This document shows positions 43,682 through 54,016 of a DNA stretch of 64,000 nucleotides, piece by piece. This DNA comes from an uncultured Planctomycetaceae bacterium (GTDB lineage Bacteria > Planctomycetota > Planctomycetia > Planctomycetales > Planctomycetaceae). Every line of letters starts with the position of its first letter. The stretch's first letter is position 1. The stretch is from positions 192,001-256,000 of the forward strand of contig CAWFGE010000019.1 in assembly GCA_963815195.1 (NCBI GenBank). Reading direction: 5' to 3'. A program made the translations under genes and the position numbers. The notes under the pieces are model-generated. The model was given only the letters and a program-made list of their open reading frames with translations, searched no databases and was not told the DNA's origin.

Positions 43682-44128
43682 ATGGAAGGACAACAAGCAT
43701 TTCCAATTGGGCGACGCTGGCTGGCTTGGGGATTGATCCTGTTGGCCCTCGGCGGAAGCGTGCCGGTCGCGAAGGCGGATGTGCCGCCGGAGCCGACGCC
43801 GGCCCAGCAGGAGTTTCGGGAACCCGACGCCGGCGAACCAGAGCGGCTCGTGACGATCGCGATTTACCTCTTGATCGCGGTGACGGTGGCGATTGTCTCG
43901 CTGTTGATTCTGGTGATTCTCTGGGGAGCGCGGGTCCGCCGGCAAGCCCGAAAGCCTTTGCCCTCCACGACACCCAACGATCCGCTCTGGTATTTGAAAG
44001 GCAAAAACTCCAAACTCGCCGAACCGAACCCGGCCCCCGGCGTGTCCGAATCAAGTCAACCCGGCGAACAGGAGGGAGGACAAGCGTCTGCGAATCCCGG
44101 CAACTCCGACGAACCGCCGTCCGCGTGA
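43682..44128 (+). CDS. Hypothetical membrane protein
   Basis: Signal peptide, one TM helix, positive-inside RVRRQARK. Confidence 0.65.
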   Translation: MEGQQAFPIGRRWLAWGLILLALGGSVPVAKADVPPEPTPAQQEFREPDAGEPERLVTIAIYLLIAVTVAIVSLLILVILWGARVRRQARKPLPSTTPNDPLWYLKGKNSKLAEPNPAPGVSESSQPGEQEGGQASANPGNSDEPPSA

Positions 44129-44149
44129 TTTATCTTGTGGAATCTTCCA

Positions 44150-44551
44150 GTGACCGAACCCGTCGTCCGCTACAAAATCTCGAAGGCGCAGCGAATTCGC
44201 AGTTCGCGGGAGTTTGCGCGGATTTACGATCACAAGCAGCGGGTGGGGGACGAGCATCTGCTCGTGTTCGGTTTGCGGAACGATCTGGGCGTCACCCGGT
44301 TTGGGCTCAGCGTCTCCAAGAAGCACGGCAACGCCGTCCGGCGGGCGCGGCTCAAACGGCTGTTGCGGGAAGCGTTTCGATTGTCGCAGCACGAACTGCC
44401 CGCCGGCTTGGACTTGGTGCTGATTCCCCGCCAGGACTCCGGGGCGGCGCTCGCGGATTACCGCGCATCGCTCGAAAGGTTGGGCCGCCGATTGGATCGG
44501 CGGTTGGGCGAACCTGCGGAAAACTATCCGCCCAGGAGCCAACCGCGATGA
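44150..44551 (+). CDS. rnpA: Ribonuclease P protein component
   Basis: [46 protein letters not shown]. Confidence 0.95.
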   Translation: MTEPVVRYKISKAQRIRSSREFARIYDHKQRVGDEHLLVFGLRNDLGVTRFGLSVSKKHGNAVRRARLKRLLREAFRLSQHELPAGLDLVLIPRQDSGAALADYRASLERLGRRLDRRLGEPAENYPPRSQPR

Positions 44552-44552
44552 A

Positions 44553-44783
44553 ATGGCTCAAACTCCCCGGCGATCGCCCGCGCTCTTTTTGATCGGGCTG
44601 GTGCGGCTGTATCAGTTTTTTCTCAGCCCGTTTCTCGGCGGGCAATGCCGATTCCGCCCGACGTGCAGCCATTACTTCATCGAAGCTGTCGAAAAGCACG
44701 GGGCGATCTCGGGAAGCTGGCGGGGCATTCGCCGAATCCTCCGCTGCCATCCTTTCCATCCGGGCGGCTACGATCCCCCGTAA
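44553..44783 (+). CDS. yidD: Membrane protein insertion efficiency factor
   Basis: [32 protein letters not shown]. Confidence 0.96.
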   Translation: MAQTPRRSPALFLIGLVRLYQFFLSPFLGGQCRFRPTCSHYFIEAVEKHGAISGSWRGIRRILRCHPFHPGGYDPP

Positions 44784-44804
44784 TCGGAGACCAGGACGCA
44801 AACC

Positions 44805-45713
44805 CTACCGCGCGCGGCGGAGGCGGGTTTTTTGGTTGAGGTAATCGATGAGCACCTCGGCCATGTTCCGGCGGGTGTCCACTTCCACGCGCTCGATGCG
44901 GTTTCGCTGGCAAAGCTCGTCGAATTTCTGGTTGAAGTTTTTTAAGGCCCTCAAATAGCCCGCGCGGATGTCTTCGCTTTGGGACAGGAATTCCTCATCG
45001 ATTTCCAGGCCCAGAAACTTCACCATGCCATCGAACTCGAAATACAGCTCATCGTGATGCAGCACATGAAACAGCACGACTTCGTGCTGGTTGTAGCGCA
45101 TCCGCTGGAGCGCCGGTTCGAGGGCCTCCAGGTCGGTGAAGAAATCGCTGAAGACCATCACGATTTCCCGGCGGCGGGTGCGGCCGGCAAGTTCCATCAG
45201 GCAGTCGGCCATGTTGGTTTTTTCCACCGGCTGGATTTCGCCCAGGTGCTCGGTCATGCGGTGCACCTGGGCCATCGAGTTCGAGGGCGCGACGAAACCG
45301 CGCACGCGGTCATCGAACGTGGCCAGGGAGACTTTGTCGTTCTGCCGAATGATGGAATAGCCCAGCGTCGTCGCAAGCTGCGCGGCGTAAAGCAGCTTCT
45401 GCTCGGCTTCGTCGCCGTAGCGCATCGAGGCGCTCACATCCAACAGCAGATGGCAGACGAAGTTCGTCTCCATCTCGTACTGCTTGATGAAGTATTTGTC
45501 CCGCGTGAAATATAGCCGCCAGTCGATGTGCTTGGGATCATCGCCCCACACATACTCGCGATGCCCGGCGAACTCGACGGCGAACCCGGCCAGGGGCGAT
45601 TTGTGCGCCCCGGCGAGATTGCCCATCACCAGGCCCCGCGGATCGACGGGCCGATCCGCCACCCGGCTCAAAACTTCGGGATTCAAATAACGGGATAAAA
45701 CACTATTGGCCAT
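44805..45713 (-). CDS. DUF58 domain protein (vWA-like MoxR partner)
   Basis: EFAGHREYVWGDDPKHIDWR, LLDVSASM, FSDF. Confidence 0.93.
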   Translation of the reverse strand: MANSVLSRYLNPEVLSRVADRPVDPRGLVMGNLAGAHKSPLAGFAVEFAGHREYVWGDDPKHIDWRLYFTRDKYFIKQYEMETNFVCHLLLDVSASMRYGDEAEQKLLYAAQLATTLGYSIIRQNDKVSLATFDDRVRGFVAPSNSMAQVHRMTEHLGEIQPVEKTNMADCLMELAGRTRRREIVMVFSDFFTDLEALEPALQRMRYNQHEVVLFHVLHHDELYFEFDGMVKFLGLEIDEEFLSQSEDIRAGYLRALKNFNQKFDELCQRNRIERVEVDTRRNMAEVLIDYLNQKTRLRRAR

Positions 45714-45947
45714 GTTCGAGTCTCAAATTGGGTCAAAGACGAAAAGTTGGGAAAGGTTGGAAGCCGCCGGATTCCCCTTCGTGCGGAATCTCCCGGTCTT
45801 TCCTCCTCCCGATCTCCCCATCTCCCAGCGGGTTGGGGTTGTCGGAATTGAAATCCGCGAGTAATGTCCGCGGCTCAATTCTCTCTGGGTCACGTCTCTT
45901 GTGCAAACATTCCCCCCTTCTCGATCGCTTGATGGAGGGTTTCTCTC

Positions 45948-46403
45948 ATGGTGATGTCTTCGTGGTTTGGGTTCCTCAAGCGGGCTGTCATTGCGTTGAC
46001 GCTTTTCGCCGTGTTGTGCCAGTCGCTGGGTTGTGGGACGCTCCTCCATCCCGAACGCCGGGGCCAACCGTCCGGGCGGATCGATCCCGCCATCGCGGTG
46101 CTCGACGGCGTGGGATTGTTGTTGTTTTTCGTGCCGGGCGTGATCGCGTTCGCCGTCGATTTCGCCACCGGTGCGATTTATCTTCCTCCGCCTTGTTACG
46201 GCCAAAACGAAAACGTCCCGTTCGATCCCTCCCAATGCGAAGTCATCCACGTCCCGCCCGGCGAACTCACCCCGGAGAAATTGGAAACGGTTCTCCGCGA
46301 ACGCACCGGCCGGCCGGTCAAACTCGACCCCGGCCGTTACAACGTTCGCCCGCTGAACGAGAAAGAAACAGAAACCATCCAAGTCCTCGGCCAATCCGAA
46401 TAG
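45948..46403 (+). CDS. Hypothetical lipoprotein/membrane protein
   Basis: SLGC lipobox, CGTLLHPERRGQ, hydrophobic hairpin ending AVDFATGAIYLP. Confidence 0.75.
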   Translation: MVMSSWFGFLKRAVIALTLFAVLCQSLGCGTLLHPERRGQPSGRIDPAIAVLDGVGLLLFFVPGVIAFAVDFATGAIYLPPPCYGQNENVPFDPSQCEVIHVPPGELTPEKLETVLRERTGRPVKLDPGRYNVRPLNEKETETIQVLGQSE

Positions 46404-46503
46404 CCAATCGATCCCCCCCCAAGGCCGTCTCCCAATCTCAGTCGTTCCAAATTTCGTATTATTGTGGTGCAACCGTCCCGGCGTCATGAGCACCAAAAGG
46501 TGG

Positions 46504-46581
46504 AGGACCGCCCCGTTGGGGCTTGTGCATTTTGTTCGTTCCGGTTCCCCAGGGCTGACATAGAGCCGGACCTTCGGTCCT
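46504..46581 (-). repeat. Family C repeat lacking the internal palindrome
   Basis: AGGACCGCCCC...CCCAGGGCTGACATAGAGCCGGACCTTCGGTCCT is colinear with the reconstructed empty IS site. Confidence 0.85.
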
Positions 46582-46647
46582 TTTTCTGTAATCTGGAACT
46601 ACTGAATCTCCCTTTCTCCCCGTCTCCCAATCTCCCCGTCTTCTTCC

Positions 46648-47691
46648 TCACGCCGCGGGCTTTTCGTACTTCTTATCCGCGGGGATGGCTTCCATGAGCA
46701 TTTCGATCAGGCGTTCGCTGTTGACGTCGGCGGCCTGGGCCGCGTAGTTGCCTGCGATGCGGTGCCGGAGGGCGGGCTTGGCGACGGCCCGGACATCCTG
46801 AACGGTGGCATGATAACGCCCGTAGAGAATCGCCCGGGCTTTGGCACACGACACAAGCGTTAACACGCCCCGCGGACCGGCTCCCCAACTCGCCCACTGG
46901 TTGATAAAGGCCGGAGCCTCCACGGTGCCCGGGCGGGAGGCTCTGACGAGCGCCCACGCATAGCCCAGCACCTGATCGCTCACCGGGACCCGCTTGACGA
47001 GTTCCTGGTAGCCCACGATTTCATCGCCGGTCATAATCGCGGAGATCTGGCCCATGTCGCCCGTGGTCACCCGGCGGGCGATTTCCCATTCCTCCGCGCC
47101 GGAGGGGTAATCGACTTTGATATAGAGCAGAAACCGGTCGAGCTGCGCTTCGGGGAGCGGATAAGTGCCTTCCTGCTCCAAGGGGTTTTGCGTGGCGAGG
47201 ACGAAGAAGGGGCTGGGCACCTGGTGGATCGTCCCGCCGGCCGAGACTTGCCGTTCCTGCATGGCTTCGAGCATGGCCGCCTGCGTTTTGGGCGGCGTGC
47301 GGTTGATCTCATCGGCCAGAAGCAGGTTGGCGAAGATCGGCCCGGGGAGAAACGTGTATTCCCGCCGGCCCGTGTCGAGGTTTTCCTGAATGATCTCCGT
47401 CCCGGTGACGTCGCTGGGCATCAGGTCGGGCGTGAACTGGATGCGTTTGAACGTCAAGTGCAGCGACTGGGCGATGGAACTGATTAAGAGCGTCTTCGCC
47501 AGCCCCGGCACGCCTTCCAACAGGGCATGCCCCCGCGAGAAGATCGCGATCAGCACTTGTTCGATGACTTCATCCTGGCCCACGATGACTTTCGATAGCT
47601 CATCGCGAATCCGGTTGTAAGCCTGCTCGCAGCGCTGCACGGCGGCCAGGTCGTCTTGGGACGGAGAAACGGTCTGCGGGTGGTCGGTCAT
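46648..47691 (-). CDS. moxR: MoxR-family AAA+ ATPase
   Basis: GVPGLAKT, RIQFTPDLMPSD, LADEINR, ATQNPLEQEGTYPLPEAQLDRF. Confidence 0.95.
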   Translation of the reverse strand: MTDHPQTVSPSQDDLAAVQRCEQAYNRIRDELSKVIVGQDEVIEQVLIAIFSRGHALLEGVPGLAKTLLISSIAQSLHLTFKRIQFTPDLMPSDVTGTEIIQENLDTGRREYTFLPGPIFANLLLADEINRTPPKTQAAMLEAMQERQVSAGGTIHQVPSPFFVLATQNPLEQEGTYPLPEAQLDRFLLYIKVDYPSGAEEWEIARRVTTGDMGQISAIMTGDEIVGYQELVKRVPVSDQVLGYAWALVRASRPGTVEAPAFINQWASWGAGPRGVLTLVSCAKARAILYGRYHATVQDVRAVAKPALRHRIAGNYAAQAADVNSERLIEMLMEAIPADKKYEKPAA

Positions 47692-47723
47692 GGTGGAATT
47701 CCAGAGGGTTCTGTAAGTAATTC

Positions 47724-47828
47724 AGGCGAGCGGCCTGCGTCAGCGGGCCGGTGACTCACGAATGGTTCCGCATGTGGACCTTCTTGAGCGTTCCACATGA
47801 CCGGGGGGCTGACACCCCCCGCTCGCCT
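47724..47828. repeat. Inverted pair of family B REPs (REPIN-like)
   Basis: AGGCGAGCGG...CCGCTCGCCT with an inner CATGTGGA/TCCACATG hairpin. Confidence 0.8.
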
Positions 47829-47857
47829 TGCAACGGACAACGGACCAATTTGGACTT

Positions 47858-50800
47858 TTACTCGATGCTTTCAAAGTAGCGTTTCAAACGTTCTTGATAA
47901 GCCCGGGGGGCTTCTTGTTGGGCGTTGGCGCGGATGGCGTTGCGGAGGTTCGGCGGAAGCTTGGCGAACCAGGCATCCCGGCGGAATCGCCGCTGCCCGG
48001 TCTCGTCTTGTCTCGGGCCGGCGTTCGCCGTGCGGCTATCGCCCAGGGAGCCTTCGGTCGGCGTGGACTCGAGCGGGCCGTCTTTGAGGCCGTCGTTCTC
48101 GGCGAAGTTCCCGCCGCGTGATGTGCCGCCGCCTTGGGCCGTCGCCGAGGTGGAACCGAGTTGCGGCATCGGACTTTGGCCTTCGCCTTGTCCTTGACCG
48201 GGTTGTCCCGGCTGCCCCGCTTGTCCCGGCAGACCGGCTTGAGCCTGTCCGGGAGTTCCCAAGGCACTCGCCAGCATCGCCGCGATCTGGGAGGCTTCGG
48301 CCCCGGCCATCATCCGGGCGGTGAGTTCCGGCGAGTTCGGAACGAAGCCCGTGCCGAGTTCCGCATTCGCAAGTTGTCCTTGACCGGGTTGTCCTTGTCC
48401 CGGCTGCCTTGTCCCGGCTGGCCTTGTCCGGGTTGTCCTTGTCCGGGTTGTCCTTGTCCGGGTTGTCCTTGTCCGGGTTGTCCTTGTCCGGGTTGCCCTT
48501 GTCCGGGTTGTCCTTGTCCGGGTTGACCTTGGCCGGGTTGTCCTTGGGCGGGTTGTCCTTGGCCGGGTTGTCCTTGGGCGGGTTGTCCTTGGGCGGGTGG
48601 GTTTTGTCCGGGTTGTCCTTCGGCAGCCTGAGCCGGTCCGGCCTGCGGCTGTTTGGCGGGTTGCAGGTTGGATGCGAGTTCCAGCGCTTCGCGGATGGGC
48701 ACGTTCGCCACTTCCGTTTGCTTGGCGATCTCGGCGGCTCCCTGGCCTGTGGCGCGTTGGGCCTCGGCGAAGGTTTTCGTCGCTTGAGCCAAGGCTTTCG
48801 CCGCCTGCTTTTGGGCCTCCGTCAACGCCGGTTTGGTTTGGGCGGGATTGGCTTGGCCCGCGGGCGGGTTGCCCGTGGGATTGGCGGGGGCTTGTTGGTT
48901 CGGCTGGCTTTCCAAGGCATTTCGCTGTTGGGCGATTTGCTGGGCGGCTTGTTGCTGTTGGCGAGTCAGTTCCGCGAGACCCGCGGCGATCGCCTGGTCT
49001 TTACGAACCTGCTGTTCCTTGGCCGCCAGGTTCGCGGCGGCGCGTTCGAGGTTTTTCTGAACGGCTTCTTCCGCACCGGCGGCCTGGGCCGGCGTCGTGT
49101 TTTGACCTTGGGCGGCGGTTTGACGGGCGGCTTTTTGAGCTTCCCTGAGGGCTGCCGTCGCGCCCGGATCGACCGGAGCCGTCTTCGCGGCGACTTCGCC
49201 TGTCTTTGCGGCTTGCTGGGCGAGCTGGGCGGCTTCCTCTTCGGCGAGGGCTTTCATCGCCTGGGCGATCTGCTCGCCGGCTTGTTTGAGGCCTTGGGCG
49301 GCTTGCTCTTGGGCCGTTTTCGTGGCTTCCGCGTTGTCCGCTTTCGCGGCCTGGGCGGCGGCATCGATCGCGGCCTCAGCGGTTTGCTCTAACGTGTCCG
49401 CCGCGGGCTGGGCGTCTTTCATGGCTTTGTCCCCCGCCTCTTTCGCGGCCTGGGCGACTTGTTGTTGCGCCTCGGCGTCGGGTTTTTGCGTGGGGGCGGC
49501 TTTCATGGATTTCTCAGCTTCCGCCGTCGCGAGTTGCCCGGCGTTCTTAAGCGCCTCTTGAGCTTCCTGGCGGGCGGCGGCGGCTTGGTTGCTGTTGCCG
49601 TCGAGCGTCTGCCGGGCCGCTTCCGCGGCGGCGGCTTGGGCTTTTTGAAGCGCCTGCACCAACGCGTCCGAAGGTTTTTGATTTTCATTCGGATCGGCGG
49701 GATTGGGTTTATCGGGCGCGTTCTCTTTATTCGCGGCCGGTCGTTTGGCGGCGGCTTCTTTTGCGGCTTTGGCGAGGTCGGCCACTTCCTGCTGCTTGGC
49801 CGTCGCATCGAGCGGCGTGTTCGCTTTGCCTTCCGCCAGATCCTTCGCCGCCTGGTCCGCGGCGGCTTGATGTTCCGCGGCCTCGGCGACTTGTTTGGCG
49901 AGCGCCAATGCGTTCGCGGCTTCCGGCCGGCCCGCGGCTTTTTGCTGGAGCATCGCCGCTTCCCCGACCTTGTCCTGGGCTTCCTTGAGTTGCTTCAGGC
50001 GATCGGCGATCGACTCCGGCTGCTCGCCGGCAACCTGCTCGACCGCTTTCTGGGCTGCGCCGATCTCTTGGAGTTGCTCTTCGCTGAGTTCCGCGAGCTT
50101 GGTGGCGGAGTCTTCGATCTCCTTCCGAATCGCGGCCGCCGCTTTCGCCAGCTTGTCCGCGGCGCTCTCGGCCTGTTTCGACGCGTCTTTGGCCGACGGC
50201 TTCGATTGTTCGCCCGGAGCGTTCTTCGCGGTTTCGAGAGCTTTCTCCGCGGCGGCGGTGTCTTTCATCGCGTCTTTCAAAGCATCGCTCGCCTTGGGTG
50301 CCGTCTGCTCGACGCCCTTCGCGATCTTCTCGGCGATCTGGCCCACGTCTTTTTGCTGCTCGGCGAGATGTTTTGCCTCTTCGGGTTTGAGGCCTTCTTC
50401 CGCGGCGGCTTTCTTCGCGGCCTGGGCGATGTCGCGTTCGGTCGCGGCGGCGCGCTCCAGGGTCTCCGCCGCCCGGGCGAGTTCGCCGATCTTCACCGCG
50501 GCCTGGCGGCGTTTGGCATCGGCGAGAGCCGCATCGATTTCCGCCGCCGCCCGTTCCAGGGCATCGGTGGCTTTCTCGACGGCCTGTTCCTGGGCGGCTT
50601 TTGTTTCTTCAGGCTCGGCGTTCTTCGGCGGGTTTTCCAAAGTTTTCGCGGCGGCGGTCGCGGCTTCCTCGGCCTCGCCGAGGCGGGATTTCACGTCCTC
50701 CGGCAGGTCGCGGTCCTTGGCCGCAGCCTCGGTTTTTTTCGCCACCGCTTTTTCCGGCGTGGCGGCTTCTTGGGGCTTGGATTCGGCTGTCTTCTGGGCA

Positions 50801-52050
50801 GCGGTGTCTTGCAATTTTTTCGCTTCGGCGACGTCTTTTTTCGCGGCTTCCAGATCTTGGACCTGTTTCGCATATTCATCGGCACTCTTGTCGGAATTGT
50901 CCACGTCGGACATGCGTTCGAGTTCTTCCGCGAGTGCCGCGAGATGCCCGAGAACTTTGCTCTGCTCGGCGACGGCCTGGTCTTTTTCGCCGTCGAAAAT
51001 CTCCGTCGTCGCTTGCCCGGCGGCGGCTTTGGCCTGATCGAGATGCGTCTCGGCGCGGGGCTGTTCGGTGAGTTCCTCCGCCAACTCGCCCAGGGCCTTG
51101 CGGATCGCGTTTTGCTCTTCGATCAGTTCCCGCTGTGGGGGATCGGTGAGCTTCGTGGTCTTGGTTTTCTCGCGGAGGTCGTGCTGGCGGTCTTGGAGGG
51201 CGTGGATTTTGTCGAGAGCCGCCTGCCGTTCCGCTCCGATCAAACCCTGCGTCCGCTCGATGATTTTGAGGAGCTGGCTGAGGCCGTTGATGGCTTTGGT
51301 TTGATGGATCGCGGCCGAGGTGTATTCGGTGTCCGACAACGTGCGGACGGCTTCATCCAGGTGCGCCCCCGTCTCGGCGGCGGCGAGAATGCGGATGCCG
51401 TTGGCCGCTCCCGTGGCGATCGCCCCGTCCCAGCGGCTCACGTCGGTGAGCGTTTCCAACAGCTGCAAGAACAGCTTGTTGATGTCCCGCTGGTCCTCGA
51501 TGGTTTTGAGGGCCTCTTGTTCCCGGCGGGTCGGCGTCTGGGCGGGCAAGGCCTTGGTCGTGCCCAAGGCCGCGGTCTCCAGGCGAATCAAGCGGCGGAC
51601 CTGCTCGGCGATCTCGGCGGTCTTCAATCGGCGGAGCAGCTTCTGCCGTTCCACCGCGAGTTGGATGATGATCTGCCGGATGAGCTTGCGGGCTTCGAGG
51701 AACTTTTTCTCCTGGACCGCTTCCGTTTTCGCTTCCTGGGCTTCGACCAGAAGCTCGACGACCTGCGTCATTTCGGTTTTGACGAGTTCGCCGATGTTGG
51801 CCTGCATGGTTTTGATGTCGCGGTAGATCTGCATCTCCTGGAGGCCGTTTTCCTCGAGCTGCCGAATCTGCACGCGGAGGATGCTGTCGACCAGTTCGCC
51901 GGCCATGCGGCGGGCCCGCTGCTGGTTTTGCTGCCGGCGTTTGAGCGTCTCCCCATCGACCACCTGGGCCGAGACCGGCTTGGCGAACAGGCCGATCGCG
52001 AACAACAGAACGACGGACGCCATCAAGATAAGTCTTCGTGACGTGTTCAT
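47858..52050 (-). CDS. Very large secreted Ala/Gln-rich coiled-coil protein with GQPGQ tract; apparent frameshift near 48415
   Basis: Signal peptide, about 1100 aa of helical sequence; ORF 47858-48313 supplies the ending WFAKLPP...YQERLKRYFE. Confidence 0.8.
48378..48620 (-). repeat. 15-bp coding tandem repeat (GQPGQ / GQPAQ)
   Basis: (TTGTCCGGGTTGTCC)n, more than a dozen units. Confidence 0.95.
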
Positions 52051-53861
52051 TTTGTGTCTCCACTGCTGATTTCGATGATGTGATCGAGGCTTTGAGCCGA
52101 ACGTTCGTCCGTGTTGCGCATCCCCATCAGGATGCCTTGAACATCGGTCACTTTCAACACCAGCGGCTCGCTGATGCTGGATTGCGGTTCGAAGGGCCCC
52201 CGGTAATCGAAGGCTTCGAGCGTCACTTTGAGTTCATCGCCGGGGCTGAGCTTGAAACTTTCCAAGACGAGCGCATACCGCCCGGACAGCGAGCGCTCGG
52301 GCTGCTCTGAGGGCTTCACGATGAGCATGTCCCGCGAGATGTGATCGACCTGGTCCATCATGTCCGTGGGGTCGTCCTCGGTGAGCGGAACCTTGCGGAC
52401 CACCTGCACCTTGACGGCCAGCCGGGACAGGCCAAAATCGTCCGAGACATGAAAATCCACCGTCGGTTTCGCCTTGGGGAGCACGAGCTGCGTGACGAGT
52501 TCGGGCGGTTGGATCCGCGGGTTGCGGTCCGCGCGGATGCGGATGTAGCCTTCGATCGGCTGCTCCAAGGCGAGGCCGTCTTGATCTTCGACCTGAACCC
52601 GATACCTGAGCGGCTGGCGGATTTCATGCAGCGGCGAAGCGGGGCCGGCCAATGTCCACCGCCGGCCTTTTTCATCCCGGCGGGTGAGCGGGTAGGTTTT
52701 CTCGTCGACGGTGAGCACGGCTTTCGCCAGCGGCTTGTTGGTGGACTTGAGATCGACCGTCACGCTGCTGCCTTCCACGACCGCGATCTGGCGCGTGCCT
52801 TCGCGGACGGCTTCTTCCTTTTCCCCGGCGACCGCATAGCTCGGCGGGTGGGGATCGAGCGTGACCGTGACCACCGGCAGCGGGATAACTTTGACTTCCA
52901 AGGGTTCCGTCCACGTGTCGCCCAGATACACCAGGCAAGACACCGAATTCACCAGCCGCGGCAATCGGCCGTGATAGACGGCCTGCCCTTCGGTCTTGTT
53001 TGCAGGAGTTTCGATTTCAGCCGATCGCGAGGCACCGGACGACTGTGTTCCTGGAATCCTTGGATTTTTCACGGCGGGATCGGTGGCCATCGCGGGTTCG
53101 GCCGAGACGCCTCGGTTCAGTTCGATCTCCACGGCGTTTTCCAGCGATTCGGTTTGCAGGCGAACGCGGCCTTTTTCCGGGAGTTGGCCTTGACCCAAGA
53201 CTTCAAAGTCCAAGGGACTCCCGTAGGCGCAGGTGATCGTCACCGGTTCGCCGCCTTGGACGAGGACCGTTTTCCCATTGAGGGCCACGCGCTCGATCTG
53301 CGTGTCGGTGGGATACCGCATCGACCCCAGGAGCATGCGGTTCGCGAACGCCTCGGCGTAATCGGGAAAGATCAAGACGGCTCCGATCAATACCGCCACC
53401 GTGCCTGCGAGCCAGGCCAGTCGGCGTTTGAATCGGCGATAGGTAAAGCCCTCGAACACGTCCAGCGACGGGCTGAACTCTTCCACGTAGCTGATGACCG
53501 CCGACTCCAGCTGCGGCGAGCCCCAGTCGGCGGCTTCGGTTTCCTGAAACTGAAGCGCGGCCACGAGGTCGCTGTCGATGTGCTGATGCTTCTCGACCAA
53601 CAGGGCCACATCGATCAGATCTTCCTTCACGCCGACCCAGGGTTTGGTATAGCGCCAAAACGCCCAACCGACAATCAAAACGCTAAGGCACAAAGCCACC
53701 AGCCGCTGCGGGATGTCCATGAACAACAGCAGATCGACCACAAACACCGCCGCCACCAGCCACAAGACGGCCAGGACGACCGCGCTCCAGGCGGTCGTCT
53801 TCCGAACCATCGCCCGCCGGCGTCGCAGCCGATTCAATCGCGATCGCAAAGTTTCGAGCAT
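52047..53861 (-). CDS. Membrane protein with Ig-like domains (DUF4175-like)
   Basis: Three N-terminal TMs, SDLVAALQF, PPSY, SDDFGL, LSPGD. Confidence 0.75.
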   Translation of the reverse strand: MLETLRSRLNRLRRRRAMVRKTTAWSAVVLAVLWLVAAVFVVDLLLFMDIPQRLVALCLSVLIVGWAFWRYTKPWVGVKEDLIDVALLVEKHQHIDSDLVAALQFQETEAADWGSPQLESAVISYVEEFSPSLDVFEGFTYRRFKRRLAWLAGTVAVLIGAVLIFPDYAEAFANRMLLGSMRYPTDTQIERVALNGKTVLVQGGEPVTITCAYGSPLDFEVLGQGQLPEKGRVRLQTESLENAVEIELNRGVSAEPAMATDPAVKNPRIPGTQSSGASRSAEIETPANKTEGQAVYHGRLPRLVNSVSCLVYLGDTWTEPLEVKVIPLPVVTVTLDPHPPSYAVAGEKEEAVREGTRQIAVVEGSSVTVDLKSTNKPLAKAVLTVDEKTYPLTRRDEKGRRWTLAGPASPLHEIRQPLRYRVQVEDQDGLALEQPIEGYIRIRADRNPRIQPPELVTQLVLPKAKPTVDFHVSDDFGLSRLAVKVQVVRKVPLTEDDPTDMMDQVDHISRDMLIVKPSEQPERSLSGRYALVLESFKLSPGDELKVTLEAFDYRGPFEPQSSISEPLVLKVTDVQGILMGMRNTDERSAQSLDHIIEISSGDTK

Positions 53862-53872
53862 CGTTTTATCCT

Positions 53873-54015
53873 AGGCGAGCGGGGGGCGTCAGCCCCCTGG
53901 TTACGCCGATCGTTTATATCGTTTGAATGTGTTTCTAGTCCCAAACGTCTTACTTGGATTTCGAAGCGGTCTCTTCGTTGCGAGCAACCAGGGGGCTTAC
54001 GCCCCCCGCTCGCCT
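53873..54015. repeat. Inverted pair of family B REPs (REPIN-like)
   Basis: AGGCGAGCGGGGGGCGTCAGCCCCCTGGTT ... AACCAGGGGGCTTACGCCCCCCGCTCGCCT. Confidence 0.88.
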
Positions 54016-54016
54016 T

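Noticed and set aside
49459..52041. Long antisense ORFs (for example 860 aa here, 731 aa at 2175-4370, 506 aa at 13328-14848)
   Set aside because: Shadows of real genes in high-GC DNA; no recognisable motifs.
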